The notes: a model not told the origin generated them from the letters alone. DNA of 32,000 nt from Christensenellaceae bacterium (GCA_031260975.1 JAISKJ010000003.1:629109-661108); one strand, 5' to 3'. Numbered from the stretch's first letter, positions 18,599-25,085 are shown. Program-made: numbers and translations.

Positions 18599-18997
18599 CT
18601 AAATTTTTATGTAAGTCAAAAATCTGCTCAGCTTTGGGTTTATTTTTCTGCCCGTGCTGCTGCTTGTCAAAATAATGCAACAGTTGTCGGGCAGTTTGGC
18701 GTTTGAAATTGTGCGATACTTTACAATTTCTAAAAATCTCTCCTGCTCCTCTTCGCTAAGCCTGTCAATATCCTCAAAAACCAGCAGATTAACTTGTTCA
18801 TTCTTTTTTTCTAAAACTGCATTGTACCAACTTGGAAAAACCGCCCCATTCCTTCCCATAAACACGGCAAACTCGGTTTTGGGGGCGTTAGCCTCAACTA
18901 CAACTGAATTTTTAAACTGCTTTGAATCAAAGCCCTCGAGCCACAAAGGCGTAAGGTTATCTTTTATATACTCTTTTACCGTTTTAAACTTATCCAT
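18599..18997 (-). CDS. small hypothetical protein resembling an AAA+ core that lacks a Walker A lysine
   Basis: 132 aa. The ATG overlaps the stop of the upstream ATPase gene (TAATG at 18995-18999). LLVFEDIDRLSEEEQERFLEIV...CCIILTSS resembles Walker B plus sensor-1 spacing. VFMGRNGAV occupies the P-loop position without GK(S/T). Confidence 0.6.
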   Translation of the reverse strand: MDKFKTVKEYIKDNLTPLWLEGFDSKQFKNSVVVEANAPKTEFAVFMGRNGAVFPSWYNAVLEKKNEQVNLLVFEDIDRLSEEEQERFLEIVKYRTISNAKLPDNCCIILTSSSTGRKINPKLSRFLTYIKI

Positions 18998-20910
18998 TAC
19001 TGTTCAACCCCCTTATTAAGGTCTAAGGTTTTATCAGTTTGAGTGCCCATCCTTCCGTATTCAATCGAATTATATACCGCATACATCTCTTCGCCGAGCT
19101 CATCCTTAATAAACTTCTTCACTATGTTCTTATCATCTTTGGAGGTGTTTAGAAGCGAACCTAAAACAAACATTTGGTCAGAAATGTTTTCCATGGGTAT
19201 ATGCTCATAATCCTTTTTCTTAATATCCTCAACGGTTATTTGCGGGCGCGAAACAAACTCACAAAGGCTGGAAGCAACATCCTTGCCCACCATGTCGGAT
19301 ATTCTGTCCTGACTGATTTTGCCGCGCTTTTCGGCCTTATACAAAACCTCCGAAACCTTTTCCCACTTTCGCGGGTCCAGCGTAGGCTTATGGTCACCTG
19401 CCTCGTCATCATATCCACTATAAAGCACTTCAGTGTTGCCCATCACAAATGCCGAAACCAGCGGATGAATTTTTGTCTGTCCGCTGCCGTCAGACTTCAT
19501 CTCATATCCCCACTCTATCCACGAATGTGTGTCCAGCGGAATTTCTATATGCGAATCAAACCTTCTAAACAGCGGTGCCGGCATGTTATAGGCCGCTGTA
19601 GACTCTTCCTTGCTGTTTCCGGCAGCAATCACCACGGCATTGTCGGGGAGCTCCCAAAGGTTTGGACGCACAGTGCGATTAAGCACAATATCATAAACCA
19701 TGCTCTGGGTTGTTTCTTTGACATTGGTCAGCTCATCAATAAACAAAGCCTGCTTTCTGTTAGGTTCTTTTTTACACTTTTCACAAAGCAGCGTATACCA
19801 ATAAGGCGGATAAATCATTCCGGGGTCGCCGTTTGGCTCCTTGCCTCCCACTACCTCCTCGGGCATCATGCCGTTTCTGAGCACAATGCTGGTATAGGTG
19901 GGGTCAAGCTCATAAACCCTTCGTGATTTTCCCACGCCCGACAGACCATGCAGCATCATGCTGCACCCGTCCTCAAAGTTTTCCAGCATCCTCTCTTTTA
20001 TGCTTGCCGAGCGCGTGATTTCAAAAGCCCCCTTTCGTTTGGAGTCCCGAGTCGCTCCGTTTTGAGGTGCAGCAGTGTTTTGAACAGCGCTTTTTTGAGG
20101 GGTTATATCCTTTGCAAAATGGTTGTTTAAATATGCTCCTCCGTCAGACTTATCCAAGTTTCCGTCATAGGTGCCGCTGTTGTTCATCTGAATACCCGCA
20201 TACATAGCGTTTTCGGCCACAGCCCATTCCTTGTTGGTTTTTTTGTCTTTCAGAATTAAAAAAGTTACCGGTTCCACTTTTACCCAGTATTCTTTGCCTT
20301 CTTCAAATTTTGCTCCGCCGGCCAGCTTATTTTGGTCGCCGCTGTCATATGTCAAAGCCTTGACTTTCACATACTTCTGACCGTCCAGAATATATTCCTC
20401 CAGCTCTCTCGGGCTGAATTTTTGTTTATAATATTTTTCTTCGTATTTTGTCGGTACTGAATCTACCGTATACTTCTTACCCGTCTTATTTTTGCCGCCC
20501 CCCAACACACTGTTGAGCCTTTTTTCAAGGTCAGAGCCGGGCTCAACCGCTGTCTGCGGATATTCAAGGTTTGATTTATAAGTAGGAACCCCTTCTGCGT
20601 TTTTCCCCCTCACTCCGTTCGGGGAGATTGTCAGGATGTCAGAGAACAGCGAAGCTGGACGTGCCGCGGGTCTCCTACTGTATGAGTAATACCAATTTCT
20701 AGTTGCGTCGGTGTAGACGGTAATGACATAATCATTATTATGCTTAGAGGCAGACCACCAAACGGAACGACCGTTTGCGGAACTTATATATACACCCAAA
20801 AGTTTGGCAAAGTCAGAGGCTCTGCAAGCTGCCCATTTGCTGGCCGGAGGGTCAAAATCCTCCCAGATTTGAGCCTCAGTGGGAAAGGTCCATTTAACAG
20901 TTGCAGCCAT
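18997..20910 (-). CDS. DGR target protein: N-terminal variable DUF1566/C-type-lectin-like module fused to a MoxR/AAA_5-like AAA+ ATPase
   Basis: GGAGGAG RBS and ATG at 20910. Residues 7-88 (WTFPTEAQIWEDF...GRSVWWSASKHNNDYVITVYTDATRNWYYSYSRRPAARPA) fit the W.(L/F)PT...(Y/W)WS(S/A)...(V/A)R(C/P)(V/A) pattern. Walker A LHGLSGVGKS, Walker B ALFIDELTN, sensor-1 VVIAAGNS and PLFRRFD are present. No signal peptide or TM helix. Confidence 0.85.
   Translation of the reverse strand: MAATVKWTFPTEAQIWEDFDPPASKWAACRASDFAKLLGVYISSANGRSVWWSASKHNNDYVITVYTDATRNWYYSYSRRPAARPASLFSDILTISPNGVRGKNAEGVPTYKSNLEYPQTAVEPGSDLEKRLNSVLGGGKNKTGKKYTVDSVPTKYEEKYYKQKFSPRELEEYILDGQKYVKVKALTYDSGDQNKLAGGAKFEEGKEYWVKVEPVTFLILKDKKTNKEWAVAENAMYAGIQMNNSGTYDGNLDKSDGGAYLNNHFAKDITPQKSAVQNTAAPQNGATRDSKRKGAFEITRSASIKERMLENFEDGCSMMLHGLSGVGKSRRVYELDPTYTSIVLRNGMMPEEVVGGKEPNGDPGMIYPPYWYTLLCEKCKKEPNRKQALFIDELTNVKETTQSMVYDIVLNRTVRPNLWELPDNAVVIAAGNSKEESTAAYNMPAPLFRRFDSHIEIPLDTHSWIEWGYEMKSDGSGQTKIHPLVSAFVMGNTEVLYSGYDDEAGDHKPTLDPRKWEKVSEVLYKAEKRGKISQDRISDMVGKDVASSLCEFVSRPQITVEDIKKKDYEHIPMENISDQMFVLGSLLNTSKDDKNIVKKFIKDELGEEMYAVYNSIEYGRMGTQTDKTLDLNKGVEQ
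20649..20770 (-). repeat. DGR variable repeat (VR), codons 47-88 of the target gene
   Basis: 122 nt aligned without gaps to 22291-22412, 110 of 122 identical. There are 12 mismatches, 11 of them where the TR has A on the minus (sense) strand. Confidence 0.9.
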
Positions 20911-20970
20911 AACAGTCTCCTCCGTTTCAGTTTTTCTTTTTTAGAAAAACCCATTTTTTTTTATATTTTT

Positions 20971-20999
20971 ATTTTATCACATTTTTTTGTTATTGTAAA
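20971..20999 (-). promoter_or_regulatory. candidate internal promoter for the target/AAA+ operon
   Basis: In the 99-nt gap between RT and target, on the minus strand: TTTACA (20994-20999), a 17-nt spacer, then TGTGATAAAAT (20971-20981). Confidence 0.4.
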
Positions 21000-21009
21000 T
21001 ACCAAAACA

Positions 21010-22041
21010 TTACTTTTTTGTTTTTTCTGTTTCTACAGCACGTTTCAGCCTCACGCTTTCGTTGCTGTGCTTGAGATGAGCGCTAAAGGCGTTTTTTCGC
21101 ACTTCAATATAATCATCATCCACAATGTTTTTGGCTCTCAGCTTTAAAAGTGTTTGCAAGTGACGCTTAAGCCTTACCCTTGCCGAACCGCGCAATTTTA
21201 TTATAACCTTGCCCGTTTGGGTCAGATAATGCCTGAACCCCAAAAAGTCTATGCCGTTTTGAACTCTGCCTATCTGCGTTTTGCGGTTTAAAAAAAGCTT
21301 TAGGCTTTGTTCACAAACCTCCTTTATCCGCTTCAAGCAATAATGCAGATATTTTTTGTCACGGTGAATAAGGATAAAGTCATCCATATATCGCACGTAC
21401 CCCTTAATATGAAGCTCCTCCTTAACAAGCCTGTCGATGGGGTCAAGATATAACAGTGCAAACCATTGGCTGGTTTGGTTCCCCAGAGGCAAACCTACTC
21501 CGGTGTAGTTTGGCTGCTCTTTAATCAGCTTTTGAATAAACCACATTTCGTCTGCGCCAAAGCCGCATTTCTTAAGCTTTTCTAAAAGTATATCATGATT
21601 GATGCTCTGAAAATATTTTGAAATGTCACACTTAAGATAATAAATCTTATTATCCCCTCCCCGAAAAAACTCCTGCTTCAAAAATTGTTTGAGCCGCTGC
21701 ATACCAAAATGCGTGCCCTTGTTTTTGCGGCAGGCAGCGTTGTCGTATATCAATCTTTTTTCAAGTCTTGAAAGCAGCGAATTTAAACAAAAACACATCA
21801 TAACTACCCTGTCTTTATAACTAGGCGCCTCAATCAGTCTTTCTTTGGGGTCATATATCTTAAACTCTTTATAGCCTCCAAAGCCAAACTTTTTGCTGAC
21901 TAATTCCTTTTCTAATGCGGCCAAAGTTATGCCGAGCGTGGTTTCAAAACGCACAACCTCTCCTTTGTGTTGCTTGGCTCTTCGGCACCGCTTGTGAGCC
22001 TCATACAAATTTTCAAAACAAAAAATTTCATTTAAGTTCAT
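21010..22041 (-). CDS. DGR reverse transcriptase
   Basis: RT motifs include LPLGNQTSQWFALLYL (the LGxxxSQ signature typical of DGR RTs) and YMDDFILI. I prefer the ATG at 22041 (MNLNEIF...), preceded by GAGGGA, over the GTG at 22053. The TR lies upstream. Confidence 0.9.
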   Translation of the reverse strand: MNLNEIFCFENLYEAHKRCRRAKQHKGEVVRFETTLGITLAALEKELVSKKFGFGGYKEFKIYDPKERLIEAPSYKDRVVMMCFCLNSLLSRLEKRLIYDNAACRKNKGTHFGMQRLKQFLKQEFFRGGDNKIYYLKCDISKYFQSINHDILLEKLKKCGFGADEMWFIQKLIKEQPNYTGVGLPLGNQTSQWFALLYLDPIDRLVKEELHIKGYVRYMDDFILIHRDKKYLHYCLKRIKEVCEQSLKLFLNRKTQIGRVQNGIDFLGFRHYLTQTGKVIIKLRGSARVRLKRHLQTLLKLRAKNIVDDDYIEVRKNAFSAHLKHSNESVRLKRAVETEKTKK

Positions 22042-22053
22042 TTTATCCCTCAC

Positions 22054-22290
22054 GCTTTGACTGCATTAAAAGAACGCCCCCTTAAACTTATAAAGCACAG
22101 GCCGGGCCCGGCATTATTTGTGTGGGCGCTCAATTTCTTCCACCGACACTCGGCGTTTTAGAGTTAATCCAAAAACCATTAGCGGTCAGAAAAGAGAAAA
22201 ATTCCTTCGCTTTAAGGCACGGATGTATTTTGCTTAAAATACACTTATCTGGCCTGTTTTCTAAATCCGCTCAAAACGGTTTCTTCAAAA
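22054..22290 (-). ncRNA. DGR spacer region between TR and RT (expected part of the TR-containing template RNA)
   Basis: Non-coding 237 nt directly 3' of the TR on the minus strand. In the characterised Bordetella phage DGR, the spacer downstream of the TR is part of the functional RNA and supplies the priming site. The function here is inferred from position only. Confidence 0.5.
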
Positions 22291-22412
22291 GCGAATCTGG
22301 ACGTGCCGCGGGTTTCCTATTGTTTGATTAATTCCAATTTCTATTTGCGTCGGTGTTGACGGTTCTGACATTATCATTATTATTCTTAGAGGCAGACCAC
22401 CAAACGGAACGA
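22291..22412 (-). repeat. DGR template repeat (TR)
   Basis: Non-coding copy of the VR. The sense strand is rich in AAY codons (AAT AAT AAT GAT AAT ... AAC ... AAT ... AAT TAA TCA AAC AAT AGG AAA) and contains an in-frame TAA. The 3' end is GC-rich and shared with the VR (CCCGCGGCACGTCCAG). Confidence 0.9.
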
Positions 22413-22455
22413 AACCCAACCATACAATCTTTCCCTTAATTAAAAGCCTTTCGGC

Positions 22456-23043
22456 CTAAAATCCATTTCTATTTTTCTTCCATCTCTGGTCGTCACTTCT
22501 CTTCCATGCCGCAATCAAGTTGATAGCCTCCCCTGTCTGGACAGAAATCTGTTTATACTGCTTTGGCAAAATGCAGCCTGCGCTCTCAGCCACCATGGCA
22601 ACATACCCAAGCATTTTAAGCCTGATGATTGCTTCTTTTTGCAAGTTCTCACGCTCTTTCTTGTTCTCCCCACTGTCCATCCTCAAAAAGTTTGCCCGCA
22701 ACAAGTCTTGTAAGGCTTCAAGCACAAAATTCTGCATCCGGTTCACAAACACTCCGCGGAATTTTGCAGGAGACCTTTGAGTAACCAAAATTATATAAGC
22801 TCCAAGCTTTTTAATGACAGTTATCACAATAAGGTCACTGCTCTCAGCAGGGATTTTACAAACGCTTTCCCATTCACGGTCGCGCCAAGAGGCATCTTTT
22901 TGCGCCTGAGTTTTGTCAAATCTTTGGCCCCTGGCCATAGCCGCAGCATGACCTATTGACACTTCATCTTGAATGCTGTTGATTTTGCCCTCAGCGTCAT
23001 CAACAGTTTTCGGTATCCTTAAACTCTTATCGCGGTCATGCAT
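22456..23043 (-). CDS. avd: Avd-like accessory variability determinant (four-helix-bundle protein) with an N-terminal extension
   Basis: I prefer the ATG at 23043, preceded by GAGAGGGA; the GTG at 23064 falls at or upstream of the predicted transcription start. The C-terminal 130 aa (YIILVTQRSPAKFRGVFVNRMQNFVLEALQDLLRANFL...RLKMLGYVAMVAESAGCILPKQYKQISVQTGEAINLIAAWKRS) fits the Avd helical pattern. The gene lies immediately 5' of the TR. Confidence 0.75.
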   Translation of the reverse strand: MHDRDKSLRIPKTVDDAEGKINSIQDEVSIGHAAAMARGQRFDKTQAQKDASWRDREWESVCKIPAESSDLIVITVIKKLGAYIILVTQRSPAKFRGVFVNRMQNFVLEALQDLLRANFLRMDSGENKKERENLQKEAIIRLKMLGYVAMVAESAGCILPKQYKQISVQTGEAINLIAAWKRSDDQRWKKNRNGF

Positions 23044-23069
23044 TAAATCCCTCTCTTTTGTCACGGCCT

Positions 23070-23098
23070 ATTCTATCACACCTCATTCATTCTTTCAA
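23070..23098 (-). promoter_or_regulatory. candidate DGR promoter
   Basis: On the minus strand: TTGAAA (23093-23098), a 17-nt spacer, then TGTGATAGAAT (23070-23080). It lies about 27 nt upstream of the avd ATG. Confidence 0.5.
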
Positions 23099-23162
23099 TA
23101 GGCAAATATAGAGGCATTTTTTATAACACTCCCTAAAAAACTCCGCAGCATCTGCTTATAAA

Positions 23163-23191
23163 CAAAAAATAAAAGACTGATATTCAGTCTC
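23163..23191 (-). terminator. rho-independent terminator downstream of tRNA-Arg
   Basis: AGACTGA (23174-23180), loop TAT, TCAGTCT (23184-23190). On the minus strand a T-rich run follows (the plus-strand A-run 23163-23173). Confidence 0.6.
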
Positions 23192-23304
23192 AATTTTGGT
23201 GTACAAAACATACCCGAGGGCATGTTTTGCTACGCTCCGTTCAAATCCCTATAAGCTACAGTCATATAATTATAAATATAAAAAAGAGCATATTTTATAC
23301 TCTC

Positions 23305-23381
23305 TGGTGTACCAAGAGGGATTCGAACCCCCGACCCCCGCCTTAGAAGGGCGATGCTCTATCCGGCTGAGCTATTGGTAC
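23305..23381 (-). tRNA. tRNA-Arg (anticodon TCT)
   Basis: 77-nt cloverleaf folded by hand. Acceptor GTACCAA/TTGGTAC, D arm GCTC...GAGC, anticodon stem TCGCC/GGCGG with loop CTTCTAA, T arm GGGGG-TTCGAAT-CCCTC, encoded CCA. Confidence 0.9.
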
Positions 23382-23546
23382 AGGTGCAATTAATATATCA
23401 CAAAGCCCGCCTAAAAGCAAGTTTTTTTAATAAATTCTAATCAATATTATATCATCAGTTGCAAAAATAAAGCAAACAAAACCAATGAAGCAAAAGCCAA
23501 ATAACTAAAATCCTTAAATATAACAAAAAATTATCTGCTTTGCTGA

Positions 23547-23575
23547 TTGATTTTTTATAAAACATATGATATAAT
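23547..23575 (+). promoter_or_regulatory. promoter of the tRNA-Leu/tRNA-His operon
   Basis: TTGATT (23547-23552), a 17-nt spacer, TATAAT (23570-23575) preceded by TATGA (a TRTG-type extension). The tRNA starts 14 nt after the -10. Confidence 0.6.
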
Positions 23576-23589
23576 ACTCTCACCTTAAT

Positions 23590-23675
23590 GCCGCTGTGGC
23601 GAAATGGCAGACGCGATGGACTCAAAATCCATTGAGGGCAACTTCATGTCGGTTCGACTCCGACCAGCGGCACCA
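23590..23675 (+). tRNA. tRNA-Leu (anticodon CAA)
   Basis: 86 nt. Acceptor GCCGCTG/CAGCGGC, anticodon stem ATGGA/TCCAT with loop CTCAAAA, a long variable arm, T arm TCGG-TTCGACT-CCGA, encoded CCA. Confidence 0.9.
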
Positions 23676-23776
23676 AACTTGGTTTATGCCAAGTGACAAA
23701 CACAAAACATAAAACGTAAAATAACATGAAGCACTAAGGATTTCTGCATGTTTTATGTTTTAAGCCTAACACACAT

Positions 23777-23853
23777 GGTGGGTGTAGCTCAGTTGGCAGA
23801 GCGCCAGGTTGTGGCCCTGGAGGTCGTGGGTTCGAACCCCATCGCTCACCCCA
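23777..23853 (+). tRNA. tRNA-His (anticodon GTG) with an encoded G-1
   Basis: 77 nt. An extra 5' G lies opposite discriminator C. Anticodon stem CCAGG/CCTGG with loop TTGTGGC, T loop TTCGAAC, encoded CCA. Confidence 0.9.
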
Positions 23854-23859
23854 TAACAA

Positions 23860-23906
23860 CACATACATAAGACGGATATAAAAACCGACAAATGTATGTG
23901 TTTTTT
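23860..23906 (+). terminator. terminator after the tRNA operon
   Basis: CACATACAT (23860-23868) pairs with ATGTATGTG (23892-23900), followed by TTTTTT. The loop is unusually long (23 nt). Confidence 0.5.
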
Positions 23907-23997
23907 ATTGCAAAAAAATAATTTTTATGCTAAACTGAATTTTGTTAGACAGCTTCTGTAAGCGTATAATTTCTAACCTAAAACATAGGAGGAAATT

Positions 23998-24498
23998 ATG
24001 AACGAACAGAACGATTTTTTTTTAAAACTTCCGCATAATAAATTGGAATTTGCAATTTTTGTTACTATTGTTTCTATTATTTCAGTAAACCTGATTGCAC
24101 CCACAATAGCCTGTTTTGAGCTTGGGTTTGATATTTCTGTTTATTTAGAAACATTAAAAATCTTACCCTTTATTTGGGCAGCAGTAGTAATAATGGTGCT
24201 TATAACCTATCCGCTATGTGAATTTCTAACAAAGAAAATAGTGAGGCAAGGAGACAGCTTCCGTACGGTAATAACCATTAATACTCTTGTAACTGTTTTA
24301 GTGCTGTCTATATTATTAACAATAGTCTGCACATGGATTGGAGCAAGAAATATTTCTATTGAGCCGTTAATTAACTTTCATTATAAATGGCCAAGAAATT
24401 TTACCATAGCTTTGATTATAGAACTTCTAATCGCTCAGCCATTCGCACGATTTATATTATCTGCAATCCACAAAAAACAGGCCAAATCAAAATCATAA
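23998..24498 (+). CDS. hypothetical integral membrane protein (possibly DUF2798-like, internally duplicated 2+2 TM)
   Basis: Strong AGGAGG RBS. 166 aa with four hydrophobic helices in two similar halves. Confidence 0.7.
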   Translation: MNEQNDFFLKLPHNKLEFAIFVTIVSIISVNLIAPTIACFELGFDISVYLETLKILPFIWAAVVIMVLITYPLCEFLTKKIVRQGDSFRTVITINTLVTVLVLSILLTIVCTWIGARNISIEPLINFHYKWPRNFTIALIIELLIAQPFARFILSAIHKKQAKSKS

Positions 24499-24701
24499 AA
24501 ACTGTGTTATTGGTGTAAATATTTTTACCATTACCTATGCCTTTGCACAACCGAAAGATTGCTGTCATAAAATATTAACAGTCTAAAATCTTCAAAAAAT
24601 TAACAAATTTCTTGAAAAAATAATGTAAAAAATTGTTGTTTTATTCGTTATTATATGCTACAATATAGCATACAATAAAATTATAAGGGAGGAGTAAAAT
24701 T

Positions 24702-24920
24702 ATGGCTAAATCCGCATCAACCTATCTTGGAACCGGCTGGATTGTTTCGCTTATCCTATCAATTTTTTTTGGTTGGATCTTTGCGTTCATCCACAGACTT
24801 TTGACAGGACACATCATTTCTGCAATTCTGGCTCTGCCATTCCTGTTTGGTTTCATCTTCTGGATTGTTGACTTGGTTTCGCTGATTGCAACCAAAAAGA
24901 TTTCTTGGCTTTTGTTCTAA
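24702..24920 (+). CDS. small TM2-domain-like membrane protein
   Basis: GGGAGGAG RBS. 72 aa. FIHRLLTGHIISAILAL...FWIVDLVSLI resembles the TM2 pattern (HRFYLG...W.(I/L)D). A terminator follows. Confidence 0.65.
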   Translation: MAKSASTYLGTGWIVSLILSIFFGWIFAFIHRLLTGHIISAILALPFLFGFIFWIVDLVSLIATKKISWLLF

Positions 24921-24934
24921 TAAAACAAATAAAA

Positions 24935-24966
24935 AACATCGGCTTCTGCCGGTGTTTTTATTTTTA
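24935..24966 (+). terminator. rho-independent terminator
   Basis: AACATCGGC, loop TTCT, GCCGGTGTT (one G:U pair), followed by TTTTATTTTT. Confidence 0.7.
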
Positions 24967-24984
24967 CTTCATAATTAAGAGATA

Positions 24985-25013
24985 TTGACAAAAGTATTTC
25001 CATGGTGTATCAT
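24985..25013 (+). promoter_or_regulatory. candidate promoter of the pyrF-pyrE fusion gene
   Basis: TTGACA (24985-24990), a 17-nt spacer, TATCAT (25008-25013). Confidence 0.45.
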
Positions 25014-25085
25014 GTTTATAATCAAATTACAACTACAACCATATTTACAATTTATTTTTTAGGGATTATAAAAGGAAAGAGAAAA

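Larger units (their letters stand above)
20649..23098 (-). mobile_element. diversity-generating retroelement cassette (promoter, avd, TR, spacer, RT, VR)
   Basis: All components are co-oriented on the minus strand: an Avd-like four-helix-bundle ORF, the TR 43 nt after the avd stop, a 237-nt spacer, an RT with the LGxxxSQ and YMDD motifs, and the VR with an adenine-specific mismatch pattern. Confidence 0.9.

Noticed and set aside
19174-19926. A 250-aa plus-strand ORF, together with many other antisense ORFs in the track (for example 2098-2406, 4605-5054, 14758-15213, 16215-16721, 17874-18161, 25625-26092, 26243-26665, 29881-30378).
   Set aside because: They lie entirely inside longer opposite-strand genes that have clear family motifs and RBSs. 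They lack RBSs and have low-complexity or Leu/Ser/Phe-rich shadow-frame composition.
20600-20648. A short GC hairpin (TCCCC ... GGGGA) 3' of the VR, considered as the DGR target-recognition cruciform.
   Set aside because: Only 4-5 bp can be paired, with a long loop, and it lies about 20-25 nt from the VR end. That is too weak to call by eye, so it is left as something to test computationally.
21010-22053. The reverse transcriptase interpreted as a retron RT or a group II intron maturase.
   Set aside because: There is no intron RNA domain structure or maturase/endonuclease extension. The upstream non-coding region is not an msr/msd-type inverted-repeat unit. It is a 122-nt copy of a nearby coding segment with adenine-specific mismatches. 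The RT carries the LGxxxSQ motif, and an Avd-like ORF precedes the repeat. All of this points to a DGR.
22122-22331. A 69-aa plus-strand ORF between the RT and avd.
   Set aside because: It overlaps the TR and the DGR spacer on the wrong strand and has no RBS. The region is better explained as the DGR template RNA.
23197-23204. TGGTGTAC, an 8-nt copy of the tRNA-Arg 3' end (23305-23312) located 100 nt away, considered as a possible att remnant.
   Set aside because: An 8-nt match is expected by chance in a 32-kb window. It would delimit only about 100 bp with no cargo, and no integrase is present.
23196-23393. A 65-aa plus-strand ORF.
   Set aside because: It is antisense to tRNA-Arg(TCT). Its C-terminal half is simply the reverse complement of the tRNA.
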